64,000 nt of DNA from assembly GCA_035402765.1 (NCBI GenBank), contig DAONDX010000004.1, forward strand, positions 43,317 to 107,316, given 5' to 3'. The notes below the pieces were generated by a model. The model worked only from the letters and a program-made list of their open reading frames with translations. It was not told where the DNA came from and did not search any database. Of this stretch, positions 40,983 through 52,316 are shown piece by piece. This DNA comes from Candidatus Omnitrophota bacterium. Its GTDB lineage: Bacteria > Omnitrophota > Gorgyraeia > Gygaellales > Profunditerraquicolaceae. The position numbers and the translations under genes are program-made. Within the stretch, counting starts at the first letter, position 1, and each line of letters begins with the position of its first letter.

Positions 40983-42152
40983 ATGGCTGTGCATAAACAC
41001 TATTTTTCTTCTGAGTCGGTTACCGAAGGGCATCCAGATAAATTATGTGATCAGATTTCCGATGGAATTTTAGATGCTTGTTTGAAAAACGATCCTTATT
41101 CGCGGGTAGCTTGTGAAACTTATGTTACCATGGGGCTTTTAATCGTAGGCGGTGAAATTACGACCAGCGGTTTTATCCATGTCCATGATATCTGCCGGAA
41201 AATAATTGAGGATATCGGCTATAACCATCCTAAATATGGTTTTGATTTCCATACCTGCGCTATTCTTAACGCGATTCATGCTCAATCTCCGGATATCTCG
41301 CAAGGGGTGGATACCGGCGGAGCCGGAGATCAGGGGATCATGTTTGGTTATGCTTGCCGGGAGACTAAAGAATTAATGCCTTTGGCTTTAACGCTAGCGC
41401 AAAAATTAGCGATGCAATTAACGCGCGTGCGTAAAGAGAAGGTTTTAAAATATCTGGGGCCGGATGGCAAGACCCAGGTAACGGTTGAATATGATAACGG
41501 AAAACCCGTGCGGGTGGATTCCGTGGTTTTAGCTTCCCAGCATACCGAAGATATCTTGGATAAGAGCGGAAAGCATATTACTGAAAAAGCGCGCCAGGAG
41601 ATTATTCGTGAAGTTGCCGGACCCATTCTTGGCGGTTGGGTAGATAAACACACTAAGTATTTTGTTAATCAGACCGGGAAATTTGTCGTGGGCGGGCCGC
41701 AGTCGGATACCGGGATGACCGGCAGAAAAATAATTGTGGATACTTACGGCGGCGCAGTGGCTCACGGCGGCGGGGCATTTTCAGGTAAAGACCCGACTAA
41801 GGTTGACCGTTCCGCAGCGTATATGTGCCGTTATATCGCTAAAAATATCGTGGGCGCGGGTTTGGCGGAAAAATGCCTTATTCAGCTGGCTTACGTTATC
41901 GGCCGGGCGGATCCTCTAAGCGTGATGGTTAAAACGGAAGGCACGGGCGTGATTTCAGAAGAGGCTTTGGTAAAATTGATCCGGCAGAATTTCCAGCTTA
42001 CTCCTCAAGGCATTATTGAGTCATTAAAATTACGCCGGCCGATCTATAAAAAAACTGCCAGCTACGGCCATTTTGGCAGGATGGAACCGGAGTTTCATTG
42101 GGAGAAATTGGATAAGGTTAGCGAACTGAAAAAACAGGCCAGCCGGCTATAG
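40983..42152 (+). CDS. metK: S-adenosylmethionine synthetase
   Basis: [26 protein letters not shown] and [16 protein letters not shown] motifs. 389 aa. Confidence 0.95.
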   Translation: MAVHKHYFSSESVTEGHPDKLCDQISDGILDACLKNDPYSRVACETYVTMGLLIVGGEITTSGFIHVHDICRKIIEDIGYNHPKYGFDFHTCAILNAIHAQSPDISQGVDTGGAGDQGIMFGYACRETKELMPLALTLAQKLAMQLTRVRKEKVLKYLGPDGKTQVTVEYDNGKPVRVDSVVLASQHTEDILDKSGKHITEKARQEIIREVAGPILGGWVDKHTKYFVNQTGKFVVGGPQSDTGMTGRKIIVDTYGGAVAHGGGAFSGKDPTKVDRSAAYMCRYIAKNIVGAGLAEKCLIQLAYVIGRADPLSVMVKTEGTGVISEEALVKLIRQNFQLTPQGIIESLKLRRPIYKKTASYGHFGRMEPEFHWEKLDKVSELKKQASRL

Positions 42153-42236
42153 GGATCCGCAATACGAATGTAGAGGCGAAAGATTTTGCGACCCTACAAA
42201 TTAATAAATTTGTCCGTTATTATTAAAGGAGATAAT

Positions 42237-43493
42237 ATGCGTTATGACATTAAGGATATAAAATTAGCAAAAAAAGGCGCCTTAAGGATCGAATGGGCGG
42301 CTAAGAATATGCCGGTTTTAGGTTTAATTAAGCAAAGGTTCCTTAAGGAAAAGCCGCTGGCGGGTTTAAAATTAGCCTGCTGTTTGCATGTGACTACTGA
42401 AACTGCCGTATTGGCAGATGTTTTAAAATCCGCCGGCGCAGAGGTATATGTTTGCGCTTCCAATCCTCTTTCTACTCAGGATGATGTGGCAGCAGCTTTG
42501 GTTAAGGATTTAAAGATCGGCGTTTTTGCCATTAAAGGCGAAAATACCAAAACTTATTATGCGCATATGAAATCGGCATTAGCCGTCAAACCCGATATTA
42601 CGATGGACGATGGAGCGGATTTAGTCAGCACAATTCATCAACGTCCTCCGGAAATGCATGCTAATATTATCGGCGGTACGGAAGAAACTACTACCGGAGT
42701 GATCCGCCTGAGGGCTTTGGCGCAGGAAGGAAAACTGCGTTATCCGATCATTGCGGTTAATGACGCCCAAACCAAACATCTTTTTGATAACCGTTACGGC
42801 ACAGGCCAGTCGACGCTTGATGGAATTATCCGCGCCACGAACAAATTAATTGCCGGATCTTGTTTTGTAGTTTGCGGCTACGGCTGGTGCGGCAAGGGCG
42901 CAGCGATGCGCGCAAAAGGCATGGGTGCTAAAGTTGTCGTGATTGAAGTGGATCCTTTGAGGGCTCTGGAAGCGACGATGGATGGTTTCCGGGTGATGCC
43001 GATCAAGGAGGCCGCCAAAATCGGCGATATCTTTGTTACGGTTACCGGCGATATTAATGTTATCCGTAAAGAACATTTCAGCTTAATGAAAGACGGCGCT
43101 ATTGTTTCAAACTCCGGCCATTTTAATGTAGAGTTGGATATCCCGGGTTTAGAGTCAATTGCCAAATCTAAACGGGCCACCCGCGATTTTGTTGACGAGT
43201 ATACTTTAAAAAATAACCGCAAGATCTATCTTCTGGGGGAAGGCCGTTTAATTAATTTAGCCGCTGCTGAAGGACATCCGGCTTCGGTTATGGATATGTC
43301 TTTTGCTAATCAGGCATTTTCCGCCGAATACATGGCGAAGAATTACCGTAAATTAGGAAAACAGGTTTATACTGTTCCGGAGAATATTGATAAAAATATT
43401 GCCGCGCTTAAGCTTAAATCTATGGATATCAAGATCGATACGCTGACGGAGCAACAGAAGAAATATTTGGCTAGCTGGGAGATGGGAACTTGA
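42237..43493 (+). CDS. ahcY: Adenosylhomocysteinase
   Basis: [11 protein letters not shown]...[11 protein letters not shown]-terminus and NAD-binding GYGWCGKG. Start moved to the ATG at 42237, which has an AAGGAG RBS; the tool ORF starts 17 codons upstream. Confidence 0.9.
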   Translation: MRYDIKDIKLAKKGALRIEWAAKNMPVLGLIKQRFLKEKPLAGLKLACCLHVTTETAVLADVLKSAGAEVYVCASNPLSTQDDVAAALVKDLKIGVFAIKGENTKTYYAHMKSALAVKPDITMDDGADLVSTIHQRPPEMHANIIGGTEETTTGVIRLRALAQEGKLRYPIIAVNDAQTKHLFDNRYGTGQSTLDGIIRATNKLIAGSCFVVCGYGWCGKGAAMRAKGMGAKVVVIEVDPLRALEATMDGFRVMPIKEAAKIGDIFVTVTGDINVIRKEHFSLMKDGAIVSNSGHFNVELDIPGLESIAKSKRATRDFVDEYTLKNNRKIYLLGEGRLINLAAAEGHPASVMDMSFANQAFSAEYMAKNYRKLGKQVYTVPENIDKNIAALKLKSMDIKIDTLTEQQKKYLASWEMGT

Positions 43494-44452
43494 TGAAAAG
43501 AATCGCGGTTTTAACTACCGGCGGGGATGCTCCGGGAATGAATCCGGCTATCCGTTCGGTGGTCCGTTATGGGATCAACCAAAAGCTGGAAGTAATGGGG
43601 GTTTTCCGCGGTTGGTGGGGGTTGATCAATGAAGAACTTAAACTTTTAAATCACCGCTCGGTTTCCGGGATCATCGGCCAAGGCGGGACGATCCTAAAGA
43701 CCGCCCGTTGTGCTGAATTCCGGACTGAAGAAGGACAGAACCGGGCCTATGAGACGGTTAAAAAGAATAATATCGACGGTTTAGTGGTAATCGGCGGCAA
43801 CGGTTCTTTTGCCGCGGCGCATGAATTTTATAAAAGATTTAATGTTCCCTGCGTGGGTTTAGCCGCTTCTATTGATAATGATGTTAATGGTATAGATTAT
43901 ACGATCGGGACCGATACGGCAATCAACACGGCTTTGGATGCGATTGATAAAATCCGTGATACGGCTACCAGTATGGAGCGGATTTTTGTCGTTGAGGTTA
44001 TGGGCAGAGAGTCGGGTTTTATTGCTCTAACCGTGGCTCTGGCCGGCGGGTGTGAAGATGTGATCATTCCGGAAAGGCCGTTGGATCTGAATGCGGTTTG
44101 TCATGATATTGTGCATGGTAATTTAGTCGGGAAAATGAGCTGGATCATTGTTTTGGCCGAAGGCGCCGGCCGGGCGGATGATATCGCCAGGCAAATTACG
44201 GATATGACCAGCCTTGAAACGCGCACAGTAGTTTTAGGCCATGTGCAAAGAGGAGGATGTCCTACTGCCGTTAGCCGGGATCTAGCTTTACATCTGGGCA
44301 GATCCGGAGTGGATTGTTTATTGGCGGGAAAAACCGATATCGCTTTAGGATTTTCCGCAGGCCAGATCGCCGAAGTTGATTTTAAGACGGCGATCCGAAA
44401 AAAAGAATATAAGATCGATGAATATTGTAAACTGATCAAAGTTTTAACATAA
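43490..44452 (+). CDS. pfkA: ATP-dependent 6-phosphofructokinase
   Basis: [28 protein letters not shown] and MGR motifs. 320 aa. Confidence 0.9.
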   Translation: MMKRIAVLTTGGDAPGMNPAIRSVVRYGINQKLEVMGVFRGWWGLINEELKLLNHRSVSGIIGQGGTILKTARCAEFRTEEGQNRAYETVKKNNIDGLVVIGGNGSFAAAHEFYKRFNVPCVGLAASIDNDVNGIDYTIGTDTAINTALDAIDKIRDTATSMERIFVVEVMGRESGFIALTVALAGGCEDVIIPERPLDLNAVCHDIVHGNLVGKMSWIIVLAEGAGRADDIARQITDMTSLETRTVVLGHVQRGGCPTAVSRDLALHLGRSGVDCLLAGKTDIALGFSAGQIAEVDFKTAIRKKEYKIDEYCKLIKVLT

Positions 44453-44512
44453 CAATATCCTGCGTAAATAAAATGTTACGCGGGTGTACCCTTGAGGGTA
44501 AGGAGAGAAAAA

Positions 44513-45838
44513 ATGGGAAGAAAACCGCTGGGAATTGACAAAATTGTAACCGACCTGGTAATGACGGATGATGTGGTTTTAAAGAAGAAATTGGCTAAGA
44601 AGATTAGCGATCTGGCTTATAAAAAAGGAATCTATCCTTCCAGCATTCAGGATTACTATATGGCCCGGGGCAGGGAAGAATTTTCCGGATCGACGGTTCC
44701 GGCGATTAATTTACGCAGTTTAACTTATGACTTAGCCAGGGCAATATTTAGAGTAGGAAAAAAGAATAACTCTAAAACTTTTATTTTCGAAATTGCTAAA
44801 TCTGAAATGGGTTATACCGCACAGCCTCCGGTTGAGTATTCCGCGGTGATCATGGCTGCGGCCATTAAAGAGAATTATACCGGACCGGTATTTATCCAAG
44901 GCGATCATTTTCAGGCTAACCTGAAAAAGTATAATGAGAATCCGGATAAAGAAATTGCCGCTTTGCAGGCAATTATTACCGAAGCCGTCGGGGCGGGTTT
45001 CTACAATATTGATATTGATTCTTCAACTTTGGTAGATTTAAGCAAACCTAAGGTTAGCGATCAGCAGTATTTAAATTATGAGGTTTGCGCAAAACTGACG
45101 CAATTTATCCGCCGGATCGAGCCTCGCGGGATTACCGTTTCGGTAGGCGGAGAGATCGGCGAAGTCGGGCATCAGAATTCTACGCCTGAAGATTTGCGGG
45201 TATTTATGACCGGGTTTAAACAGCGCTTACGTAAAGGATTAGCCGGGATCAGTAAAATTTCTATTCAGACCGGCACCTCTCACGGCGGGGTGGTTTTACC
45301 GGATGGTTCAATCGCGCAGGTCAAGCTTGATTTCGAGACTTTAAAAAATCTTTCGGCTCTGGCGCGTAAGGAATTCGGTTTGGGTGGAGCAGTGCAGCAC
45401 GGCGCTTCAACTTTACCGGAAGAGGCATTTCATAAATTTGCCGAATGCCAAGCTTGCGAAGTACACTTGGCTACGCAGTTCCAGAATATGATTTTTGATT
45501 CCAAGAATTTTCCGGCAGATCTAAAGAAAAGAATCTATGACTGGTTAAAGGTTAACGCGGCCAATGAAGCTAAGGCCGGGGAAACTGAAGAGCAGTTTTT
45601 CTATAAAACCCGCAAGAAGGCCCTGGGCCCTTTTAAGAAAGAAATTATGGGTTTGCCGCAAGCAATACGCGATGCGATTGCCGGCGAGGTGGAAAACAAA
45701 TTTGATTTCCTCTTTAAACAGCTCAATGCCGTGAATAATGCGGCATTAGTCGATAAATATGTTACTTTAAAAAGAGTGATCTCACGTAAACGCCAGGATC
45801 AGGCTGCGGTAGTCCATGACGGCGAAGGCGCTGACTAG
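44513..45838 (+). CDS. Class II (metal-dependent) fructose-bisphosphate aldolase family protein, long form
   Basis: VPAINLRSL, IQGDHF, GGEIGEVG and HGAST motifs correspond to class II FBA active-site regions. 441 aa is longer than canonical forms. Start placed at the ATG at 44513, which has a GGAGAG RBS. Confidence 0.6.
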   Translation: MGRKPLGIDKIVTDLVMTDDVVLKKKLAKKISDLAYKKGIYPSSIQDYYMARGREEFSGSTVPAINLRSLTYDLARAIFRVGKKNNSKTFIFEIAKSEMGYTAQPPVEYSAVIMAAAIKENYTGPVFIQGDHFQANLKKYNENPDKEIAALQAIITEAVGAGFYNIDIDSSTLVDLSKPKVSDQQYLNYEVCAKLTQFIRRIEPRGITVSVGGEIGEVGHQNSTPEDLRVFMTGFKQRLRKGLAGISKISIQTGTSHGGVVLPDGSIAQVKLDFETLKNLSALARKEFGLGGAVQHGASTLPEEAFHKFAECQACEVHLATQFQNMIFDSKNFPADLKKRIYDWLKVNAANEAKAGETEEQFFYKTRKKALGPFKKEIMGLPQAIRDAIAGEVENKFDFLFKQLNAVNNAALVDKYVTLKRVISRKRQDQAAVVHDGEGAD

Positions 45839-45880
45839 GCAAATCAGCGTTGAGAATTTAGATAATTTAGGAGGATTAAT

Positions 45881-47533
45881 ATGCGTTCAGATCAAATAAA
45901 AAAAGGTTTGGAAAGAGTGCCGCATCGGGCGCTGCTCCATGCAACGGGGCTATCGCGTAATGATCTTAAGCGTCCGTTTATCGGAGTAGCCACATCTTTT
46001 ACTGATCTTATCCCCGGCCATGTCGGTATGCGTGATCTGGAAAGATTCATTGAACGCGGAGTTTGCTACGGGGGAGGCGTGCCATTTTTATTCGGCGTGC
46101 CCGGAATTTGTGATGGCATCGCTATGGGGCATTTAGGAATGTGCTATCCGTTAGCTTTAAGGGAGCTGGTAGCCGATATGATTGAAACGGTTTGCAACGC
46201 GCATCAGCTAGATGGTATCGTTTGCCTGACTAACTGCGATAAAATTACTCCGGGTATGTTGATGGGAGTAGCGCGTTTAAATATTCCCGCGGTTATTATT
46301 ACCGCCGGGCCGATGCTTTCCGGCCGTTTTAATAAACGAAAATTAGCTTTTGTGCATGATACCTATGAGGGTATGGGGCGGGCGAAAAAAGGAGACATCT
46401 CGGAGGAAGAGTTGACTTGTTTAGAGCTGGAGGCTTGCCCGGGGCAAGGCTCCTGCCAGGGGTTATACACTGCCAATACCATGGCTTGTCTTACTGAGAC
46501 CATGGGCATGTCGATTCCGGGTTGCGGAACAGCTCTGGCCGGCAGCGCTAAAAAACGCCGGATTGCCCAAGCCAGCGGCGAGCGGATTGTGGAGTTGGTT
46601 AAACAAAATATTAAACCCCGCGATATTATTACCAAGGAGTCTTTAGAGAACGCGATTGTGGTGGATATGGCCTTAGGCGGTTCCAGCAATACTGTCCTGC
46701 ATTTAATGGCGATTGCCCATGAAGCCGGTATTAATTTGGATCTAAAAACTTTTGACAGGATTAGTAAGAGCGTGCCGCATATTACTAATATTGAACCTGC
46801 GGGTGAGTATTTTATGGAAGATGTGGAATACGCCGGAGGCATCCCTGCGGTACTTAAAAGATTAAAATCCAAATTGAATAATACTTTAAATGTCAACGGC
46901 CAGAAAACTTTTCAAATTACTGATTCTGCTAAGATTTTTGATCCGGAAGTAATCCGCCCGTTTGATCAGGCGTATCATAAACAGGGTGGAATTGCTGTTC
47001 TCTACGGTAATCTGGCGCCTAATGGCGCGGTAGTTAAGCAGTCCGGAGTAAATAGCAAGATGATGCAATTTACCGGACGCGCCCGGGTATTTAACCGCGA
47101 AGAGCAGGCGATGCAGGCAATTATGGGTAATAAAATTAAAAAAGGCGATTGTATCGTTATCCGTTACGAAGGGCCTGCCGGCGGTCCGGGAATGCGCGAG
47201 ATGCTGGCGCCCACCGCGGCAATTGTGGGTTTAGGTCTGGCGGATTCCGTAGCTTTAATTACCGATGGCCGTTTTTCTGGAGGGACCAAAGGGCCTTGTA
47301 TCGGCCATATTTCTCCGGAGGCTTCCGCAGGGGGCCCGATTGCAATTATTAAAGATGGTGATACAATTGTTATTGATATCCCCAACCGTAAGTTGGAAAT
47401 TAAATTGAGCAAAATAGAGATAGAAAAAAGATTTAAAAATTGGAAAAGCGTGGAACCGAAAATCAAAACCGGCTATTTATCGCGTTATTGCCGGTTAGTC
47501 AGTTCAGCAGATAAGGGAGCAATTTTAAAATAG
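45881..47533 (+). CDS. ilvD: Dihydroxy-acid dehydratase
   Basis: [11 protein letters not shown] and SGGTKG motifs, and [Fe-S] Cys ligands. 550 aa. Confidence 0.9.
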   Translation: MRSDQIKKGLERVPHRALLHATGLSRNDLKRPFIGVATSFTDLIPGHVGMRDLERFIERGVCYGGGVPFLFGVPGICDGIAMGHLGMCYPLALRELVADMIETVCNAHQLDGIVCLTNCDKITPGMLMGVARLNIPAVIITAGPMLSGRFNKRKLAFVHDTYEGMGRAKKGDISEEELTCLELEACPGQGSCQGLYTANTMACLTETMGMSIPGCGTALAGSAKKRRIAQASGERIVELVKQNIKPRDIITKESLENAIVVDMALGGSSNTVLHLMAIAHEAGINLDLKTFDRISKSVPHITNIEPAGEYFMEDVEYAGGIPAVLKRLKSKLNNTLNVNGQKTFQITDSAKIFDPEVIRPFDQAYHKQGGIAVLYGNLAPNGAVVKQSGVNSKMMQFTGRARVFNREEQAMQAIMGNKIKKGDCIVIRYEGPAGGPGMREMLAPTAAIVGLGLADSVALITDGRFSGGTKGPCIGHISPEASAGGPIAIIKDGDTIVIDIPNRKLEIKLSKIEIEKRFKNWKSVEPKIKTGYLSRYCRLVSSADKGAILK

Positions 47534-47534
47534 C

Positions 47535-49202
47535 ATGGTCGGGGCCAGAATATTATTAGAGGCTTTAAAACGTGAAGGTGTCCAGATAATCTTTGGTTAC
47601 CCCGGAGGCCAGGTGCTGCCTATTTTTGATCAATTGTATGATTTTGATATTAAGCTTATTTTAACGCGTCACGAACAGGGGGCCGCGCATGCTGCTGACG
47701 GATTTTCCCGGGCGACCGGCAAGGTAGGGGTTTGTTTGGCTACCAGCGGCCCGGGGGCCACGAATCTGGTTACCGGAATTGCCACGGCTTATATGGATTC
47801 TATCCCGATGGTGGCGATTACCGGTCAGGTGGGTACGCATTTAATCGGTAATGATGCTTTTCAGGAAGCTGATGTTACCGGGATTACCCGGCCGGTCACT
47901 AAACATAATTTTTTAGTTAAAGATGTAAAAGATTTGGCGCGCACGATTGCCGAGGCTTTTTATATCGCTTCCAGCGGCCGTCCCGGGCCGGTGTTGGTAG
48001 ATATTCCTTTAGATGTGCAACGGGCAGATACAGAATTCATCTGGCCGGAAAAAGTAAGCATTCGTAGTTATCAGCCGACTTATTCCGGACATCCCGGCCA
48101 GATCAAAAAAGCCGCCAAATTAATTTCGGCGAGTAAGAAACCGGTTATCTATGCCGGCGGCGGGGTGATCACTTCGGGCGCGCATGCGGAATTAGAAGCG
48201 TTGGCGCAGAAAATTCAGGCTCCGGTAACCACGACTTTTATGGGCTTGGGTGGTTTTTGCGGCACGCATAAGTTATTTTTAGGCATGCTGGGCATGCACG
48301 GCACCGCCTACGCTAATCATGCGGTGATGGAATCAGATTTAATCATTGCGGTGGGAGCGCGTTTTGATGACCGGGTAACCGGAAGGTTAGATGATTTTGC
48401 TCCCGGGGCAAAAGTTATTCATATCGACATTGATCCTTCATCGATCAGTAAAAATGTTAAAGTCGATGTTCCAATCGTAGGAGACGCAAAAAATATTCTT
48501 AAAGAACTTATTTCGGAAATTAAAAAGCTTCCGGATACTGCGCAGTGGCTCAATACGGTAGAGGCGTGGAAAAAGAAACATCCTTTAACTTATAAGGATG
48601 ATACGGCAATGATCAAGCCGCAGTATATCTTAGAGCAGCTTTGGGATTTAACTCGCGGTGATGCCATCATTTGTACCGAAGTCGGCCAGAGCCAGATGTG
48701 GGCCTGTCAATGGTATCAGTATTTAACCCCGCGTACTTTTATTTCCAGCGGTGGATTAGGCACGATGGGATTCGGGTTTCCGGCGGCGATGGGCGCAAAG
48801 ATCGGCTGCCCCGGAAAGGAAGTTTTTAATATTGCCGGGGATGGTTCGATCCAGATGAATATCCAGGAATTGGCTACCTGCGTGGCTAATAAAATAAATG
48901 TTAAGGTATTGATATTTAATAATGGTTTCTTAGGAATGGTCAGGCAGTGGCAGGAATTATTTTATAAAAGACGTTATTCTTATACCCCGATTACCAGCCC
49001 GGATTATGTTTTATTAGCGCAAAGCTATGGGGCAGTAGGGATGCGGGTAACTAATAAAGCTGAAGTGCGTTCAGCGCTGCAAAAAGCGATCGAGATTAAG
49101 AATACGGTTTTTATCGATTTTAGGATCGAACCGGAAGAAAATGTCTATCCGATGGTTCCGGCGGGCCAGGCAATTAATAAAATGATTGAAGGGTTAGCAT
49201 AA
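47535..49202 (+). CDS. ilvB: Acetolactate synthase large subunit
   Basis: ThDP enzyme with GYPGG and IAGDGS(IQ)MN(IQEL) motifs. 555 aa. Confidence 0.9.
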   Translation: MVGARILLEALKREGVQIIFGYPGGQVLPIFDQLYDFDIKLILTRHEQGAAHAADGFSRATGKVGVCLATSGPGATNLVTGIATAYMDSIPMVAITGQVGTHLIGNDAFQEADVTGITRPVTKHNFLVKDVKDLARTIAEAFYIASSGRPGPVLVDIPLDVQRADTEFIWPEKVSIRSYQPTYSGHPGQIKKAAKLISASKKPVIYAGGGVITSGAHAELEALAQKIQAPVTTTFMGLGGFCGTHKLFLGMLGMHGTAYANHAVMESDLIIAVGARFDDRVTGRLDDFAPGAKVIHIDIDPSSISKNVKVDVPIVGDAKNILKELISEIKKLPDTAQWLNTVEAWKKKHPLTYKDDTAMIKPQYILEQLWDLTRGDAIICTEVGQSQMWACQWYQYLTPRTFISSGGLGTMGFGFPAAMGAKIGCPGKEVFNIAGDGSIQMNIQELATCVANKINVKVLIFNNGFLGMVRQWQELFYKRRYSYTPITSPDYVLLAQSYGAVGMRVTNKAEVRSALQKAIEIKNTVFIDFRIEPEENVYPMVPAGQAINKMIEGLA

Positions 49203-49675
49203 TGCGCCATACTATATCAGTATTAGTGGAAAATAAATTCGGAGTTTTAGCGCGGGTGGCCGGGTTATTCAGCGCTCGGGGCTATAATATCGCTTCTTTA
49301 GCGGTTTCAGAAACCCTTGACCCCGAGATATCCTATATGACCATTGTGGTGGAAGCCAAAGATGCCAAAGTGCTGGAACAAATTAACAAGCAGTTGAATA
49401 AGCTAATTGACGTAATTACCGTTACGGATTTTACCAAAAGAGAGCATCTTGACCGCGAACTGGTTTTGGCAAAAATAAATTATACGGCTAAAGATAAGGG
49501 GCGCCTGGAAGCCATTTTCAATAAGTTTGTGGGTAAGATTGTTTATCATAAAGCGGATACCGCAATTGTTGAAGCAGTCGGCGACCAGGATCAAATTAAC
49601 GAACTTTTGGAAGAATTGAATAAATTCGGGATAAAAGAATTAGTAAGAACAGGAAAACTGGCAATCAGTAATTAG
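49202..49675 (+). CDS. ilvN: Acetolactate synthase small (regulatory, ACT-domain) subunit
   Basis: HTISVLVENKFGVLARVAGLFSARGYNI ACT motif. 157 aa. Confidence 0.85.
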   Translation: MRHTISVLVENKFGVLARVAGLFSARGYNIASLAVSETLDPEISYMTIVVEAKDAKVLEQINKQLNKLIDVITVTDFTKREHLDRELVLAKINYTAKDKGRLEAIFNKFVGKIVYHKADTAIVEAVGDQDQINELLEELNKFGIKELVRTGKLAISN

Positions 49676-49693
49676 AAAGAGAGGAGTAACAAA

Positions 49694-50686
49694 ATGGCAA
49701 AGATTTATTACGATCGTGATGCGGATTTAAACTTATTGAAAGATAAGACAGTGGCGATAATCGGTTATGGTATACAGGGGCGCGGTCAGTCTTTATGCTT
49801 ACGTGATTCGGGGATCAGGGTAGTGGTTTCCGAGACGGAAGGAACTCCTAATTTTGCGTTGGCCAAGCAGGACGGGTTTACTCCGGTAAGCGCGGCTGAA
49901 GCGGCAAAGGCTGCGGATATTATTCAAATCCTTACCCAGGACCATGTCCAAGCCAAGGTTTATACCGAGGCAATTAAACCAAATTTAAAAAAAGGTAAAG
50001 CCCTTTGTTTTTCGCACGGGTTTAATATTCGTTTTAAACAAATCAGGCCTCCGAAAAACGTGGATGTTTTTATGGTGGCTCCTAAGGGCCCCGGGGCGTT
50101 GGTGAGAAAGATGTATGAAGAAGGAAAAGGCGTGCCTTGTTTAATTGCGGTTTATCAGGATGCCAGCGGCCAGGCTAAAAATTTAGCCTTAGCTTATGCC
50201 AAGGGTTTAAAAGCCACTACCGCCGGTGTCATTGAAACAACTTTCGACGAAGAGACCGAAACTGACCTTTTCGGCGAACAGGCGGTGCTTTGCGGCGGAG
50301 TAAGCGAATTGATCAAGGCGGGCTTTGACACTTTAATTGACGCCGGTTATCAGCCGGAGATCGCTTATTTTGAAGTTTTACATGAGTTAAAATTAATTAC
50401 AGATTTAATCCAGGAACGCGGTATCTCCGGTATGCGCCGGGGAGTTTCTAATACTGCCTGCTACGGTGATTTAACCCGCGGGCCCAGAATTATTACTCAA
50501 AGAACGCGTAAAGAAATGCAAAAAATCCTAAAAGAGATTAAAACCGGAAAATTCGCCAGAGAGTGGATCAAGGAGAATGAAACCGGCCGCAAGAATTTTG
50601 ACAGTTTGATCAAAGCCGGGGATGATCATTTAATCGAAAAAGTGGGCAAGCAGTTAAGAGAGATGATGCCCTGGATGAAGAAGTAA
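49694..50686 (+). CDS. ilvC: Ketol-acid reductoisomerase
   Basis: [19 protein letters not shown] Rossmann motif and the C-terminal knotted domain. 330 aa. Confidence 0.9.
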   Translation: MAKIYYDRDADLNLLKDKTVAIIGYGIQGRGQSLCLRDSGIRVVVSETEGTPNFALAKQDGFTPVSAAEAAKAADIIQILTQDHVQAKVYTEAIKPNLKKGKALCFSHGFNIRFKQIRPPKNVDVFMVAPKGPGALVRKMYEEGKGVPCLIAVYQDASGQAKNLALAYAKGLKATTAGVIETTFDEETETDLFGEQAVLCGGVSELIKAGFDTLIDAGYQPEIAYFEVLHELKLITDLIQERGISGMRRGVSNTACYGDLTRGPRIITQRTRKEMQKILKEIKTGKFAREWIKENETGRKNFDSLIKAGDDHLIEKVGKQLREMMPWMKK

Positions 50687-50708
50687 GGTAAGCAAACTAC
50701 ATTAGATT

Positions 50709-50773
50709 TCGCGGGTCCTGTCTGGAATGTTTTCTAGCGCTAGACGCGCTGCGAAAACATTCCAGACACCCGC
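50709..50773. repeat. 65-nt near-perfect palindromic element between ilvC and leuA (16 bp + 3-nt bulge + 6 bp stem, 18-nt loop that is itself self-complementary)
   Basis: 5' arm cgcgggtcctgtctggaatgttttc, 3' arm gaaaacattccagacacccgcg. No U-tract follows; TATAAT at 50774-50779 comes immediately after. The 5'-arm motif (gatttNgcgggtcct) recurs after two other stop codons (about 28025 and 23478). Confidence 0.6.
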
Positions 50774-50810
50774 GATATAATTTGTAATTTGCAACCTTGT
50801 AGAGGTAAAG

Positions 50811-52316
50811 ATGGAAAAGATATTAATATTTGATACAACTTTAAGGGACGGGGAGCAGGCGCCGGGTGCGGCATTAACCAGTTTTCAAAAATTGGAGATC
50901 GCCCGCCAGCTGGAAAAATTAGGGGTAGATATCATTGAAGCAGGTTTTCCGATTGCCTCGCCCGATGATTTTGCGGCGGTGTCTGCTATTGCTAAATTAA
51001 TTAAGCAAGGTGCGGTCTGCGCCCTGGCGCGTTGCATTTATAAGGATATTGAACGGGCAGGAGCGGCCGTAAAAAAAGCCAAACACCCGCGGGTGCATCT
51101 ATTCCTTGCGACTTCTAAGATACATTTAAAATATAAATTTAAGAAAGCCGAAGATGAAATAGCCGCGATTGCCAGAGATTCGATCCGTCAGGCGAAAAAA
51201 TTCTGTTCTGATATTGAATTTTCTCCGGAGGATGCCACGCGTACTGAAAAGGATTTTTTGTATCGCATGATTGAAATGGCAATCAATGAAGGCGCCCGGA
51301 CTATTAATATTCCCGATACTGTCGGCTATAGTTATCCGCAGGAGATCTATTCTTTAATCACCGGTATTATTAATAATGTCCCCAATATTAACCAGGCAGT
51401 GATCGCTACCCATTGCCATAATGATTTAGGCTTGGCGACCGCCAATTCATTGTCGGCGGTTTTAGCCGGAGCCCGTCAGGTACACTGTACGATCAACGGG
51501 ATCGGAGAGCGCGCCGGTAATGCGTCTTTGGAAGAAATAGTGATGGCGATGCAAACCCGCCGTGATGTTTTTGGTAACTTCTATACGAATATAAATACTA
51601 AAGAAATATACCGGTCGTCGCGCCTGGTAAGTAAATTAACCAATTTTGTTGTGCCTCCCAATAAAGCCATTGTCGGGGCCAATGCTTTTGCTCACGAGTC
51701 AGGGATTCATCAGGATGCGATCTTAAAGAAACGGATTACCTATGAAATTATGGATCCGCATGATGTGGGTATTGCTGATAGCCAGTTGATCCTCGGTAAA
51801 CATTCCGGGCGGCATGCATTCAAAGACAGGTTAAAGACGCTGGGATTTCATCTGGATGAAAAGCAGACCGAAAAGGCTTTTGGGCGTTTTAAGCAAGTGG
51901 CGGATAAAAAGAAAAATATCTTTGATGATGATTTAAGAACCATCGTGGAAGATGAAATCCGTATAGCTAAGCCGCTTTGGGCGCTGGACAGTTTTGAGGT
52001 TAATTCCGGGACTAAGATTAAACCTTCTGCCCGGGTAGTGTTGATCAAGGGCAAAAAAAATCTATCCGGAGTTTCTTCAGGTGACGGCCCGGTAGATGCC
52101 TGTTTTAAGGCGATTGATAAAATTACCGGGTATAAAGCTAAATTGGAGGATTTCCGTTTGGAAGCAGTTACTTCCGGTAAGGATGCTTTGGGCCAAGCCA
52201 GTCTTAAGCTGAAAATTTCCGGTTTAATCGTGGGCGGACGCGGTTCGAGTACCGATATTGTGGAAGCGGCAGTCAAAGCCTACATCGATGCCGTGAATAA
52301 AATAAAAAACAAATGA
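50811..52316 (+). CDS. leuA: 2-isopropylmalate synthase (LeuA/CimA family)
   Basis: IFDTTLRDGEQAPG, HCHNDLGLA and a C-terminal LeuA dimerisation/regulatory domain. 501 aa. Confidence 0.8.
   Translation: MEKILIFDTTLRDGEQAPGAALTSFQKLEIARQLEKLGVDIIEAGFPIASPDDFAAVSAIAKLIKQGAVCALARCIYKDIERAGAAVKKAKHPRVHLFLATSKIHLKYKFKKAEDEIAAIARDSIRQAKKFCSDIEFSPEDATRTEKDFLYRMIEMAINEGARTINIPDTVGYSYPQEIYSLITGIINNVPNINQAVIATHCHNDLGLATANSLSAVLAGARQVHCTINGIGERAGNASLEEIVMAMQTRRDVFGNFYTNINTKEIYRSSRLVSKLTNFVVPPNKAIVGANAFAHESGIHQDAILKKRITYEIMDPHDVGIADSQLILGKHSGRHAFKDRLKTLGFHLDEKQTEKAFGRFKQVADKKKNIFDDDLRTIVEDEIRIAKPLWALDSFEVNSGTKIKPSARVVLIKGKKNLSGVSSGDGPVDACFKAIDKITGYKAKLEDFRLEAVTSGKDALGQASLKLKISGLIVGGRGSSTDIVEAAVKAYIDAVNKIKNK

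Noticed and set aside
42153-42236. Possible SAH riboswitch upstream of ahcY
   Set aside because: The 84-nt spacer shows only a weak tgtag/ctaca hairpin and none of the conserved SAH-riboswitch pseudoknot sequences I can recognise. Unsupported without an Rfam scan.
45839-45880. T-box or attenuator leader upstream of ilvD
   Set aside because: Only 42 nt separate the upstream aldolase gene from ilvD, with no specifier or antiterminator structure. ilvD is most likely co-transcribed.
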